Assembly: GCA_038747275.1 (NCBI GenBank)
Contig: JBCDJW010000003.1
Coordinates: forward strand, 4,098-68,097
From: Planctomycetota bacterium
GTDB lineage: Bacteria; Planctomycetota; Phycisphaerae; Phycisphaerales; Phycisphaeraceae
Reading direction: 5' to 3'
DNA: 64,000 bases
Part shown: piece by piece, positions 9,806 to 19,927 of the stretch
Layout of the letters: each line of letters starts with the position of its first letter
Numbering within the stretch: the first letter of the stretch is position 1
Translations under genes and position numbers: made by a program
The notes under the pieces: model-generated
The model's input: the letters and a program-made list of their open reading frames with translations, nothing else
What the model was told of the DNA's origin: nothing
Databases searched by the model: none

Positions 9806-10696
9806 TCAGAAGATCCCGTTGTCGTTTTTCGATCCGCCGGAGATGTCCATGATGACGTCCCAGTGCTCGGCGATCTTGCCGTCTTCGATCCGGAACCAGT
9901 CGAAGAACTGCATCGGCTTGCCGCCGAACGTGCCTTCGGAATGGGTCACGACTAGGTTTCCTTCAGCGATGACGCGGTGGACTTTGGTGTACACCATGGT
10001 GATGCCCTGCTCGCCGAGCTTAGCGAGCGTCCCGGTCAGGCCGCTAACCCCGTCGGGGATCATCGGGCTGTGCTGCAGGTAGTTATCGCCGTCGAAGTAG
10101 TTGCCGAGTTTGTCGAATTGCCCCTGGACAATCACCGTGTCCAAAAACTCTTCGATCAGGGCTTTGTTGGCTTGCGTCTTGTCGCGGTCACGGATGGCCT
10201 GTTCGCCGTCGAACATGGAGCGGCCGCTGGCGGTTTCGGTGACCTCGGGCTGGACGCCTTCCCAGTGTTCGACGAGCTTGCCGTCTTCGACCCGCCAGAT
10301 GTTGACCAGCACGACCGGCTTGTCCATGAAGCCGACCGCTCGGCCGTGCAACGCGATATGGTTTCCTTCGACCACCAGGCGGTGCAATTGATAATCGAAG
10401 CCGCCGCGCCCGTTGGCTTCCATCGCACCAACCCAATCCAGGATCGGCTGGACGCCCGTGGGCTGGATCGGACTGTGTTGGATGTAGTCGGGGCTCCAGA
10501 GCTTTTTAACAACATCAACGCTTGGGTTCTCCATCGACGCATCGATCGCCGCCAGAGCGAGGGCTCGGGTCTGCTGATGCGGAGTTAATTCGGCGAGGAT
10601 GTTTTCATCGGCCGAAGCGGGAAACGTCGCGGTCAGCGTCAAAGCGATAGCCAACGCGGTGTAGAAAAAGTGGACGGGAAATTTCAACATGGGCAC
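9806..10696 (-). CDS. Secreted protein with two SnoaL/NTF2-like domains
   Basis: Signal peptide. Duplicated DYIQHSP...WRVEDGKLVEHWE and NYLQHSP...FRIEDGKIAEHWD. Confidence 0.88.
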   Translation of the reverse strand: MPMLKFPVHFFYTALAIALTLTATFPASADENILAELTPHQQTRALALAAIDASMENPSVDVVKKLWSPDYIQHSPIQPTGVQPILDWVGAMEANGRGGFDYQLHRLVVEGNHIALHGRAVGFMDKPVVLVNIWRVEDGKLVEHWEGVQPEVTETASGRSMFDGEQAIRDRDKTQANKALIEEFLDTVIVQGQFDKLGNYFDGDNYLQHSPMIPDGVSGLTGTLAKLGEQGITMVYTKVHRVIAEGNLVVTHSEGTFGGKPMQFFDWFRIEDGKIAEHWDVIMDISGGSKNDNGIF

Positions 10697-10908
10697 GGTC
10701 TCCTCTGGTTAAAGATGCAGACACCCGCATCGTCCCCAAATAGTCCGCATCGCCCACCCTCCAAACAAGGTCGCCTCACGACATTATGTGGTCATTTTTT
10801 GACAATTTAGCTAGCCTAAATTTATTTACCTCTAAATCGCTCGGATAATTGATCTTTTATACGGTAAATTAACGACATGTCGATGAACACGTCTTCTGTT
10901 TTGTTCCC

Positions 10909-11760
10909 ATGACGACCGCCATTCAACACATCGGATTTGCCCACACCTCAGGCCAGCCCCTCCCGGTCGAGATCATCCTTTTGTCCGAATTACGTCAGCG
11001 GAGCATGGACCATTCGATCTACGACCCGACCCAGCTCGACTTCCATCTCATCCAATTCATCGTCTCCGGCCGAGGCAAGCACCTCTGCGACTTCGAATCG
11101 ATCCACCTCCAGGCCGGCGACCTCCTCATCGTCCGCGCCAATCAGGTGCACGCCTTCGATCCCGACTCCCAACACGACGCCCAACTGCTCGCGTTTACCC
11201 CCGACGCGATCCACCAAGCCCCGGGTGTGGTGCCGCACTGGGCAGCCGGCCGGGCGATCCGCCCACACGCTAAAGACTTCCGTCTGCTGGTCGATCTCCT
11301 CAGCTTCCAGCAACGCCTCGACCAACGATCAGCCGACCTCGCCCCCCAACACCTCGCGCCGCACCTGTTGGCCACCCTCTTGGCTGGTGTGAGTGATGTG
11401 CTCGCCGCTCAGGACCGGTCTGCCCCGCCGTCCCACCCCGGCTACCAATCGATCGTCCGCCGATTCGAAAACATACTCGATCGGCAACACGCCACCACGC
11501 GCAGCGTCGCCTGGTACGCCGACCACCTACATCTGACTCCCCGCACCCTCGCCCGGGCCTGCCAAACCATCCTCAACCTCACCCCCAAACAGGCGATCGA
11601 TAACCGTGTCGCCCTCGAAGCCAAGCGGCTCCTCTCCACCACCGATCACTCCGTTGAATCTATCGGCCTGGCCCTGGGCTTCACCGAGTCGACCAACTTC
11701 ATCAAATTCTTCAAACGCACAGCACGGTGCACCCCAGACGAATTTCGAAAATTACGGTAA
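10909..11760 (+). CDS. AraC-family transcriptional regulator (cupin + HTH), divergent from the SnoaL gene
   Basis: DFHLIQFIVSGRG cupin and C-term IGLALGFTESTNFIKFFKR. Confidence 0.93.
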   Translation: MTTAIQHIGFAHTSGQPLPVEIILLSELRQRSMDHSIYDPTQLDFHLIQFIVSGRGKHLCDFESIHLQAGDLLIVRANQVHAFDPDSQHDAQLLAFTPDAIHQAPGVVPHWAAGRAIRPHAKDFRLLVDLLSFQQRLDQRSADLAPQHLAPHLLATLLAGVSDVLAAQDRSAPPSHPGYQSIVRRFENILDRQHATTRSVAWYADHLHLTPRTLARACQTILNLTPKQAIDNRVALEAKRLLSTTDHSVESIGLALGFTESTNFIKFFKRTARCTPDEFRKLR

Positions 11761-11966
11761 AGCCCGCCAGCTTCGATTTTGCTGCCAGATGAACGCACAC
11801 TCACCCGGTATACCGCAACTTCTTTAGGTAGGCCGCATCGCGGTGCTTGGCCGCGGAGACGCAGACGTAGAGCTTGAACACACATCCAGGCAGGTAGATG
11901 ACGCCGTCGGGTTCAGGGCCTTTGACGTACTTTATGGCACACCATCGGACACCAAACGGACAGGAC

Positions 11967-13640
11967 TTACTTGTTATCGCCTGGGCGGAGTTCGAGCAGC
12001 TTGCCGTACTCGACTATGCCCATCTCCTGCTTCCATGCTTCGCACATGTCGGCCAGCTTCTGCACCAGTTTGGGTTTGGCGTCGGCGAGGTTGTTCAACT
12101 CAGCGGGGTCTTTTTCGAGGTCGTAGAGCTCGTAGGCGATGCCCGGGCGGTTCAGGGTCTGGGTGTACCAGCCGGGCTCGATCAGGAGCTTCCAACGCCC
12201 CTTGTAAATGACGCTCTGCTGGCCCTTGTCGTTGAAGAAGATCGTTTCCGCCGGGGGGCGGGGCTCGCCTTGGAGCACCGCGAACATGTTCCGGCCCGCT
12301 AATTCCTCGGTCGCCTTACCGCGGAATTTTGCCGGGTATTCGACACCCGCCAGATCCAGGCAGGTCGGCAGGATGTCGGCGACCCAGGCCTGCTCGTGCG
12401 AGATCGAACCGGGCTCGATACGCCCCGGCCAGGAGGCGATGAAGTGGGTCTTCGTTCCGCCGTCCCAGAGCAGGGCCTTCATGCCGCGGTACGGCGTGTT
12501 GAAGATGTTGTCGAGGTGGGCGGCGTTGCCGTTGTCGGAAAAGAAGAGGACGAGGGTGTTATCGAGCTCGCCGGTTTTCTCGAGGGTATCGATCATCCGG
12601 CCGACGCCTTCGTCGACCTTTTCCATCATCGCGGCGTGCAGGGCCATCCGCAGGCGAAAGTCGTCTTCTTGACCGGGGTTGATCCAGGCGGGTTGGTAGT
12701 CAAGATGGTCGGGGTAAAGGCCGAGGGCCTGGACCGCCCGGTGGCGGGCGGCTTCGATCGCACGGATATCCTCGTACTTCTTGAGGTACTTCTGCACGAG
12801 TTCTTCGGGAGCCTGGAGCGGTAGATGGGGGGCGCGGTGGGCGACGTACAGGAAGAACGGCGGGGCGTCGTCGCCGGCGGCGTCTTCGATCATCTGGATC
12901 GCGCGGTCGGTGACACCGTCGGTGGCGTAAAAGGCTTTGCCGGTCTTGCCGTGGTTCACGTTGTAATGCTGCCGCCACTTGGAGTGGCAGTGCATCGTGT
13001 AGACGCGGTCGTAGACGAGCGTGGCGGGGTCGTTGCCTTCGCGTATGGGATGGGGCTGGCCGGGGACGAAGAAGAGGCTGTCCTGGGCGCCGTAGAGGCC
13101 GAAGTATTCGTCGAAGCCTCGCTGTTTGGGGAGGGCTAGCCAGTCGAGCTCGATCTCTTCCTCGGTGAGTTCCCAGCCGGGGTGGTACTGCTTCCAGACC
13201 TCCTGTTGTTGGGTATTACGCTTCATCGTGCTGCCGCCGAGGTGCCACTTACCGGACATGAGCGTGCGGTAACCGGCGTCCCGGAGGAGCTCGGACAGGA
13301 GCGGCGTGTCGTACGGAAGGCGGCCGCGGTGAGCGGGGTAGGGCATCTCGCGGCCCCAGTCGCCGACGACCCCGCCGCCGAAGCCGACCTTCGCGCAGTC
13401 GAGGCCCGTAAGCAACGAAGCCCGCGTCGGGCTGCAGCGCCCGTTCGAATAGAAGTTGCTGAGTCGGATGCCGCTCTCGGCGAGCCGATCGAGGTGGGGC
13501 GTGTCGATCTCTCCGCCGAAGCTACTCAGGTCGGAGTAGCCCGAGTCGTCGGTCATGATGATCACGATGTTGGGACGGTCGTCGGCCTGGACGGTGACGG
13601 CCAAGGCGATAAGCCAAGCGATCAAGAGAAATCTATGCAT
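11967..13640 (-). CDS. Arylsulfatase (family S1, Cys-type)
   Basis: [27 protein letters not shown] (CxPxR), [21 protein letters not shown]. Signal peptide at ATG 13640; the ORF track starts at 13721. Confidence 0.95.
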   Translation of the reverse strand: MHRFLLIAWLIALAVTVQADDRPNIVIIMTDDSGYSDLSSFGGEIDTPHLDRLAESGIRLSNFYSNGRCSPTRASLLTGLDCAKVGFGGGVVGDWGREMPYPAHRGRLPYDTPLLSELLRDAGYRTLMSGKWHLGGSTMKRNTQQQEVWKQYHPGWELTEEEIELDWLALPKQRGFDEYFGLYGAQDSLFFVPGQPHPIREGNDPATLVYDRVYTMHCHSKWRQHYNVNHGKTGKAFYATDGVTDRAIQMIEDAAGDDAPPFFLYVAHRAPHLPLQAPEELVQKYLKKYEDIRAIEAARHRAVQALGLYPDHLDYQPAWINPGQEDDFRLRMALHAAMMEKVDEGVGRMIDTLEKTGELDNTLVLFFSDNGNAAHLDNIFNTPYRGMKALLWDGGTKTHFIASWPGRIEPGSISHEQAWVADILPTCLDLAGVEYPAKFRGKATEELAGRNMFAVLQGEPRPPAETIFFNDKGQQSVIYKGRWKLLIEPGWYTQTLNRPGIAYELYDLEKDPAELNNLADAKPKLVQKLADMCEAWKQEMGIVEYGKLLELRPGDNK

Positions 13641-13838
13641 TGCATTTCCAAGAGAGAGTTTGTGGAGCTGAAACAAATTCCGCCGAGCAGTGAGATATCT
13701 AGCGCACAAAATTGTAAACAATCTGGTGTGGTTTTTAAATCAGATACCAAACGCCGGCCGGTAAGGTTTGGCGTGGCGGGGGCAATTAGCCTTCCACGAA
13801 GTCTCGTGATCTAGCCGGCCGATTTGGTTTTGTCGGAC

Positions 13839-15389
13839 TCAGGCGGTGGGCGAACTGTTTTTCACCCGGCCGCTGCGGCGAGCGAACAGCTGGAGGTGGC
13901 CCGCGGCCCGGATGACGGCCCAGCCGAGCAGGGCCCAGAAATGCCAGTGGCGGAAGAGATCGAGGCTCTGCATGGCCGCGGCGACGCCAACGCTGAGGAT
14001 GACAAACGCCAGGATGCGGACGACGAGGCTGAGCATCTGTGGCGCGTCGCCGCCGACGCGGTAAGCGGCGTAAGACATCCATCGCCGCACGATCTGGGCG
14101 AGCATAAACAGCCCGCCGGCCAGGGTCGTGGGCAGAAGCAGTAAGAAGCCGAAGGTCTTGGCGACCTGCAGCATGGGGAAGAGCTGGACGCGGGTCGGCT
14201 CGTTGAGGTGGTTGTAGACGCGGAACAGTAGCCGGGTGGTAACCAGCACCCCGGCCCAGACGCCGAACGTGGTCAGCGCCTCGACGAGGAAGCCGGTCTC
14301 ACCCCAGGACGAAACGTTGAACGACACGGCGGCCAACGCGGTCAGCGTCATCGCCCAGACCCACGGGGCGGGCGAATCCATCGTGCCGAGGCTTTCGTAG
14401 TGCTTGTGGTTGGGGTCGAGCTTGGGGCGAGACTCGAATTTCGCGGCAACAAGGTCGTTCTCGCGGTAGCCCACTTCGTAGACGCAGAAGAACGCGAAGA
14501 ACGCGGCGGTCAGCCCGATCAGGTTCCCCAGGATCAGCGGGTTGACGGCGAAGATGCAGAGCAGGATCAACGCATAGTCGTCGAGCAGCACCTGGCGGAT
14601 CACCTCATTGACGCCGCGGCGTTTGACGTCCTGGGTGTAGACCAGCGGGAGGTACACGCCCTCGTGGGCCCGGCGGGCGTCGACCTCCGGCCAAGCGACG
14701 AGCGCCGGCTGAGCCACGAGGTCGAGCAGGTCACGGTCGCGCGGCGAATCGGTGATCGCGGCGGCTTCGGAGAGCGCGGGTTCGCCGAGGGTCTGGACCA
14801 GGCGTTTCGCTTTGCCATTGCGTCGCAGGCTAGGCCCGCCGAACAGGCCGCCGGCGACCAGGCGGTCGGTAGGAACCGTCGCGTGCTTGAGCAGGGGCCG
14901 GATGATGAAGCGGTAGCCGTAGCTGGCGATCACGACTTCTTGGTGCTTGGCCGTCTGCAATGCCGCGACCAATTCTTGGTTTTCGAACTCTTGCATGATG
15001 GCCCGGGCCCGCCGTCGCCAGAGCAACACCGTCCAAGGCGCACAAAGCAGCACCGCCCAGACGCGGAAGTGATCGCGGTAGAACTGATCGCGTTGCTCTG
15101 TGGTCAGCCCCTTGCGGAGATGCCAACGCCAGGGCCGGATTGCCGAGAGCAACGCTAAAACCAGAGCGCCCAAAAGCCGCGGCCTAGCGGCATCGAGGAA
15201 GCACTCGGTAGAGTTCCCGAGGAACAGCGTCTCGTCGAAGTCGACGACCACAAGGTCGGCGGACAGCGTTTCGTGCAGCGGCGGTCCGGACTGCGGGTCC
15301 GAAGAACCGGCGGGCACGAAAGGCGAAGCCGGGGGGCGGGCTTGGGCGATGGATAGGGGCGGTTGGGTGGACAACTTAAAACGGTCCAT
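13839..15389 (-). CDS. HAD-like hydrolase domain fused to a multi-pass membrane (UbiA-like) domain
   Basis: VVVDFDETL (DxD motif I), AAAITDSPRDRDLL, then about 7-8 TM segments including VYEVGYRENDL. Confidence 0.7.
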   Translation of the reverse strand: MDRFKLSTQPPLSIAQARPPASPFVPAGSSDPQSGPPLHETLSADLVVVDFDETLFLGNSTECFLDAARPRLLGALVLALLSAIRPWRWHLRKGLTTEQRDQFYRDHFRVWAVLLCAPWTVLLWRRRARAIMQEFENQELVAALQTAKHQEVVIASYGYRFIIRPLLKHATVPTDRLVAGGLFGGPSLRRNGKAKRLVQTLGEPALSEAAAITDSPRDRDLLDLVAQPALVAWPEVDARRAHEGVYLPLVYTQDVKRRGVNEVIRQVLLDDYALILLCIFAVNPLILGNLIGLTAAFFAFFCVYEVGYRENDLVAAKFESRPKLDPNHKHYESLGTMDSPAPWVWAMTLTALAAVSFNVSSWGETGFLVEALTTFGVWAGVLVTTRLLFRVYNHLNEPTRVQLFPMLQVAKTFGFLLLLPTTLAGGLFMLAQIVRRWMSYAAYRVGGDAPQMLSLVVRILAFVILSVGVAAAMQSLDLFRHWHFWALLGWAVIRAAGHLQLFARRSGRVKNSSPTA

Positions 15390-15671
15390 ACGGTCGCGGG
15401 AGCCGCGGTATGGTGGAAGACAGGCCGGGCCACAAGGACACCGGGGTTAAGTGGGGGCGGGCCGCCCGTTTTCAGGCCAACTTGATTGTAGAGGGCCTTT
15501 CGATCGAAACATACCCCAATGAAGACGCGATGCAAACGGATTGCAGTAATTTTGCCCGTTTTATTCAGGGCAAGTTTCTTGGCTTAAAAGCAATGAATAA
15601 CTCGACTTCAGGTTGACGGATGGCGTCTACTGCAGTTTGCGGATCGGAGCCTAGGCCGCGACAGTGGTGGC

Positions 15672-16064
15672 ATGTATGAAGCCACCATCGAATCCACCTT
15701 CAGCGCCGCCCACGCTCTGCGTCTGCCCGACGGCAGCCTCGAGCCGCTCCACGGCCACGACTGGCGCGTCGCCGTGACCGTTGCCAGCGCGGGCCTTGAC
15801 GCGATGGACACCGTGATGGACTTCCACGAACTGGAAAAGCTGGTCGAGGCCCGCGTCGCCCCCTGGCGGCACCAGAACCTCAACGCGGTCGCCCCGTTTG
15901 TCGGCGGGGAGGGCGATATCCAGGGCTTGGCGATCAACCCCAGCGCCGAGCGGGTCGCGGAGCAGATCGCCGCGGCCGTATCTGTGGGCCTGCCCGAAGG
16001 CGTCGGGCTGCAAGAGGTTTCCGTCGGCGAAGCCCCGGGTTGCATCGCACGGTATCGGCCGTGA
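15672..16064 (+). CDS. 6-pyruvoyl-tetrahydropterin synthase family (COG0720), ExxHGH / PTPS-III type
   Basis: FSAAH, EPLHGHDW, DFHEL, HQNLN and PSAERVA motifs. The protein has no Cys in or before the HGH motif. Confidence 0.9.
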   Translation: MYEATIESTFSAAHALRLPDGSLEPLHGHDWRVAVTVASAGLDAMDTVMDFHELEKLVEARVAPWRHQNLNAVAPFVGGEGDIQGLAINPSAERVAEQIAAAVSVGLPEGVGLQEVSVGEAPGCIARYRP

Positions 16065-16160
16065 GGCGGGCGGGAACGCGGGCGAAAACTTGACCGCAAA
16101 TCACTTTTAACGACGAGCCACTAAATATCCCGGCAAAAAGAGCGTTTTTCTTGTTCGTCG

Positions 16161-16189
16161 CTACTGTACTATTTGATATAGTACAGTAG
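16161..16189. promoter_or_regulatory. YtrA/GntR operator: perfect 12-bp inverted repeat CTACTGTACTAT-N5-ATAGTACAGTAG
   Basis: Exact palindrome 25 bp upstream of the GntR start. It has the TGTA-N13-TACA geometry known for YtrA-subfamily boxes. Confidence 0.85.
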
Positions 16190-16213
16190 TACGGTCGTCC
16201 GATCGAGCAGACT

Positions 16214-16648
16214 ATGGCCCGCACCCCCCACACCTTCCGCCCCAAGATCGCCACCGGCAGCGACACGCCGATCTACCGGCAGATCGTGGATCAAGTGCGT
16301 TTGGCCGTGGCCAACGGGCAGCTCCCGCCGGGTGCGGCGATGCCGAGCGTCCGGGCGTTGGCCGAGCGTTTGGTCGTCAACCCCAACACGGTGGCCAAGG
16401 CGTACTCCCGGCTGACGGGCGAGGGGGTGCTGGTATCGCAGGCCGGCCGGGGTGTTTTCGTCGGCGAGGCGCGGGCGGTGTACTCCGACGGTGAAGCCGA
16501 GCGTCGGCTGGACCTCGCGCTTGATGCGGTGGTCAACACCATGGTCGAGCTGCGCCTCAAGCCCGACCAAGTCGTGAAGCGGTTCCGCCAGCGGCTCGAT
16601 GCGCACGGGCTGAGCAAAACGCCCAAAAAGAAGGGTGCTTCGAAATGA
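16214..16648 (+). CDS. GntR-family regulator, YtrA subfamily
   Basis: PIYRQIVDQ...MPSVRALAERLVVNPNTVAKAY...GRGVFV with a short C-terminus, upstream of ABC genes. Confidence 0.95.
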   Translation: MARTPHTFRPKIATGSDTPIYRQIVDQVRLAVANGQLPPGAAMPSVRALAERLVVNPNTVAKAYSRLTGEGVLVSQAGRGVFVGEARAVYSDGEAERRLDLALDAVVNTMVELRLKPDQVVKRFRQRLDAHGLSKTPKKKGASK

Positions 16649-17718
16649 TTCAAGCGGTGACAGAAACGGAAAGCCCCACGCCCCTGGAAACCTCTGCGGG
16701 CACGCCAGCCCCGGCGATCGAAGCCCACGGTCTGACGCGCTGCTTCGGTAACCACCGCGCGGTCGATCAGGTCAGCCTCGCGGTGCCGACCGGCGGCGTG
16801 TTTGCCTTGCTCGGGCGTAACGGTTCGGGGAAGTCGACGATGGTCAAGATGATGCTGGGGCTGTTGGAGCCGACGCAGGGCAGAGCGACGGTCCTCGGGT
16901 GCGACAGCCGGGCGTTGACGCCGGCGGTTCGGGCCCGCATCGGTTACCTGCCCGAAGGGCACCCGGTCTACGGGTGGATGCGCGTCCGGGACACAGCCAA
17001 GTTCCAGAAGAAGTTCTTCGCAAGGTGGAACCAGGACCTGTTCGATCAAGTCATCGAACACTTCCGCATCAGCCCGAAGCAACGCGCCCGCCAGCTCTCA
17101 CGCGGCCAGCGGGGCGGGCTGACGCTGGCGTTGGTGTTGGCGCAAGACCCGCAGCTGTTGATCTTCGACGACCCGGCGTTGGGCCTCGACCCGGTGGCCC
17201 GGCGGTCGCTGCTCGAGGCCATGGTGTACCTCGCCCGGCGGAAGGACCGGACGGTACTGTTTTCGTCGCACTACCTTGACGACGTGGAACGCGTGGCCGA
17301 CCGCATCGCCGTGATCGATCGCGGCGTGCTGCGGGCGGACTGCCCGGCCAACGAATTCGGCGACCGCATCGTTCGGGTCCGGCTGGTCTTTGAAAACGCC
17401 GAACCACCCGAAACGGTGGGCGGTTTTCCGGGGCTGCTCAACAGCCGACGCGAGGGCGGCAGCCTGATCGTCGCGGCGGTGGTCGCCGAGCCGGGCCGGT
17501 TGAGCGGCGAGCAGGCGGCGGCGATCGAGCGGGCTAAGCCGACCACTTGGGAACTAGAAGGCTTGGGCTTGGCCGAGGCGATCACGTCGTACCTCGACGA
17601 TCGCGGCCCCCGGCCGAGCTTCTTTGAACGGATTGGCACGGCCGAGACTTCCGGGGCGGCCGTGCCGTGCACGGCGCCGTCGACGCAAGAGTGGGTAGCA
17701 ACGCAGGAGTCGAAGTGA
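16645..17718 (+). CDS. ABC-2 type exporter ATP-binding subunit (YtrB-like)
   Basis: GRNGSGKS, LSRGQ, LLIFDDP, SSH. ATGA overlap with the GntR gene. Confidence 0.93.
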   Translation: MIQAVTETESPTPLETSAGTPAPAIEAHGLTRCFGNHRAVDQVSLAVPTGGVFALLGRNGSGKSTMVKMMLGLLEPTQGRATVLGCDSRALTPAVRARIGYLPEGHPVYGWMRVRDTAKFQKKFFARWNQDLFDQVIEHFRISPKQRARQLSRGQRGGLTLALVLAQDPQLLIFDDPALGLDPVARRSLLEAMVYLARRKDRTVLFSSHYLDDVERVADRIAVIDRGVLRADCPANEFGDRIVRVRLVFENAEPPETVGGFPGLLNSRREGGSLIVAAVVAEPGRLSGEQAAAIERAKPTTWELEGLGLAEAITSYLDDRGPRPSFFERIGTAETSGAAVPCTAPSTQEWVATQESK

Positions 17719-19871
17719 TGAGTAGCCTGAACGTATCGGAACAACTAAACGATCTAGGCAACACGCCGTCGGCGTCGGAGAAAGCAGCTTCCGGGGGCGG
17801 GGGTGCGTTGCGGGCGATTGTTTGGAAGGAGTGGCGGGAGTCGGCCAAGTGGGGCGTGGCGGGGCTGCTCGCCGTGGCGGGGACGCTGACGTTTGGGCTC
17901 TACCACGAGAGCGACGCGGGCGGTCACACAGGACTACAAAGCGACGAGGTGCTGGGGTTCTACGCGGTGGCGTGCGGTGCGGTGGGTTTGTTGCTGGGGG
18001 TGATGTCGTGGGCGTTTGATGTGACGCCGGACCGCTGGGGGTTGCTGCTACATCGGCCGGCGACACGGGGGCAGTGGTGGCTGGGCAAGGTCGGCGTGAA
18101 CCTCGGGGTGTACGCCGCGGCGACGCTGGTACCGTGGTTCCTGGCGGGGTGGTGGTGTTCGGTGCCGGGCAACGTAGGTGGGCCGTGGTACCCCGAGATG
18201 CTGTGGCCCGGCGTGGTGAACGCTGCGGGTGGTGGGTTGATGTATTTTGCGGGGATGCTGACGGTGGTGCGCCGTGCGCGGTGGTGGGCGAGCCGCGGGG
18301 TGTGGTTGTTGACGGCGGGGCTGGGGGCGACGTTGGTCGCGACGCTGCCGGAACTGTTTTGGACGTTGTTAAGTCTCGCAGCGGGCTGGTTGCTGCTGGG
18401 ATACGTATCTTGGGCCCACTTCGCGGCCCGTGCTTGTGGGCAGTTGGGCTTGCGGGAACAGGTTAGTTCATCGCTCGGCATTTTTGCCGGCGTAATGGTG
18501 ACGGCAGTGCTTTTAATTGCGTTATTTTTCGCGGTATTTTTTGGACCAACAGAACAATCGATACACACTGAAGAAAAATACTTTGTTACGAACAACGGCG
18601 ACGTTGTTGTAGGTACTTTCGAAGATTCTCACGGGAATTTAATTGCGGTCCGAGATCTGCAGGGCGGCACGATCCCCAACCCGGATAACGAGGCCGAAAC
18701 GTGGTCTTGGAAGGATCAAAACGGGTTAACGGCGACGAACGATATTTTTCGGCCTGCGAAGAACAACCTGCGGCGGGGCTCGGAAGACTGGCGACTTTTC
18801 AGCGATCTGTACGCGCCGGTCTACCCATATTTGCATCGCGGGGGCGGGTATGAAAATGAAGTTTTTGTGATTGGCGACCGTGATCCTAGCGAGTGGTACC
18901 TTGACCGCAGAACCAATCTATTCCTCGAGTTCAATGAAAAGACCAGCGGTTTTGTCGGCTGGATGAGCCCGCAAGGCTACGTACCCGCCGATCAAGCCGA
19001 GCCGGCGGGGTTCAAGGGGCCGATCCGAAAAGATGATTCGGGATTCGTACAAGCGTTCGTAACGCCTTACGAAATATTTGTGTTTGATGGTTGGACACGT
19101 GATCTGATGTTTATAGATCGCGCTGCGATCCCCAGCGGTTACGCTGAAGCGGCGAGTGTACGAGTAATGGATGCAACACCACTGAAATTTGCGATGATCA
19201 TCGATGGGCGTTTCGTACGGCGTGATTTTCCACATGAAATCCGGGAAGACGCTAGAGGGGTGACGACTATCGACTTACCTTTTGCCGAAGACCAGGACGA
19301 CTGGGCTTCGGCATGGGTTTACGATCCTAGTGAAGCGGATCAATTTGTCGTGATGTATTGGCCAAAGGTGCAATATGACGGTTACGAAAGTGACGAGGTA
19401 TTGGTGGTTCGGCGTTCCGCGGCGGGCGAAGAACTCGAGCGATTTACGCTTCCCGTTCTTTCGGACGGCGGGTGGACGCCGGACGACATGGGGTGGCCGG
19501 CGAGCGTGTTGGTTACGGCTTTAACGCCGTTCGGCTTGATTATCTGGGCTTACGGGACGGCCGTTCAAGAGTACGGTTGGGGTTACGCGACGTGGACGAT
19601 GAATATTTTTTCGTTCAGCTTTGAGGCGTTGCTAGCGGTGTTGGTGTCGATCGGCTTGCTGTTCGGCGGGCTTAGCATCTACCAAGCCCGCCGGGCGGGG
19701 CTTCCGCGGGGGCAGGTTTTGTGGTGGGCGTTCGCCGGGTTCTTCGGCGGGCTGGCGGGGTGGGTGACGCTGCGATGTTCGTACCGCTGGGGTGAACTGA
19801 GGTCGGCTAGTGCGCAGCAGGCAGCCCCCGAAGCGGACGGCACCGAGGTGTGGGACACGCAGGCGGGCTGA
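17715..19871 (+). CDS. ABC-2 type permease with large extracytoplasmic domain
   Basis: AIVWKEWRE start, LLLHRPATRGQWWLGK, several TMs, a ~330-aa soluble domain, then C-terminal TMs. Start GTG 17715 or ATG 17718 overlaps the ATPase stop. Confidence 0.8.
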   Translation: MMSSLNVSEQLNDLGNTPSASEKAASGGGGALRAIVWKEWRESAKWGVAGLLAVAGTLTFGLYHESDAGGHTGLQSDEVLGFYAVACGAVGLLLGVMSWAFDVTPDRWGLLLHRPATRGQWWLGKVGVNLGVYAAATLVPWFLAGWWCSVPGNVGGPWYPEMLWPGVVNAAGGGLMYFAGMLTVVRRARWWASRGVWLLTAGLGATLVATLPELFWTLLSLAAGWLLLGYVSWAHFAARACGQLGLREQVSSSLGIFAGVMVTAVLLIALFFAVFFGPTEQSIHTEEKYFVTNNGDVVVGTFEDSHGNLIAVRDLQGGTIPNPDNEAETWSWKDQNGLTATNDIFRPAKNNLRRGSEDWRLFSDLYAPVYPYLHRGGGYENEVFVIGDRDPSEWYLDRRTNLFLEFNEKTSGFVGWMSPQGYVPADQAEPAGFKGPIRKDDSGFVQAFVTPYEIFVFDGWTRDLMFIDRAAIPSGYAEAASVRVMDATPLKFAMIIDGRFVRRDFPHEIREDARGVTTIDLPFAEDQDDWASAWVYDPSEADQFVVMYWPKVQYDGYESDEVLVVRRSAAGEELERFTLPVLSDGGWTPDDMGWPASVLVTALTPFGLIIWAYGTAVQEYGWGYATWTMNIFSFSFEALLAVLVSIGLLFGGLSIYQARRAGLPRGQVLWWAFAGFFGGLAGWVTLRCSYRWGELRSASAQQAAPEADGTEVWDTQAG

Positions 19872-19927
19872 CGTGCGGGGGTGGCGTCGGGCGACGGGGG
19901 CTGCGGTTTGTGTGGTGGTGGACTTAC

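Noticed and set aside
8134-15403. Possible genomic island at tRNA-Asn with an att-like CGCGGGAGC at 15395-15403
   Set aside because: A 9-bp match in GC-rich DNA is expected by chance, and there is no integrase or mobility gene.
15390-15671. Possible preQ1 riboswitch upstream of the QueD-like gene
   Set aside because: No preQ1 aptamer motif found, consistent with the PTPS-III reading.
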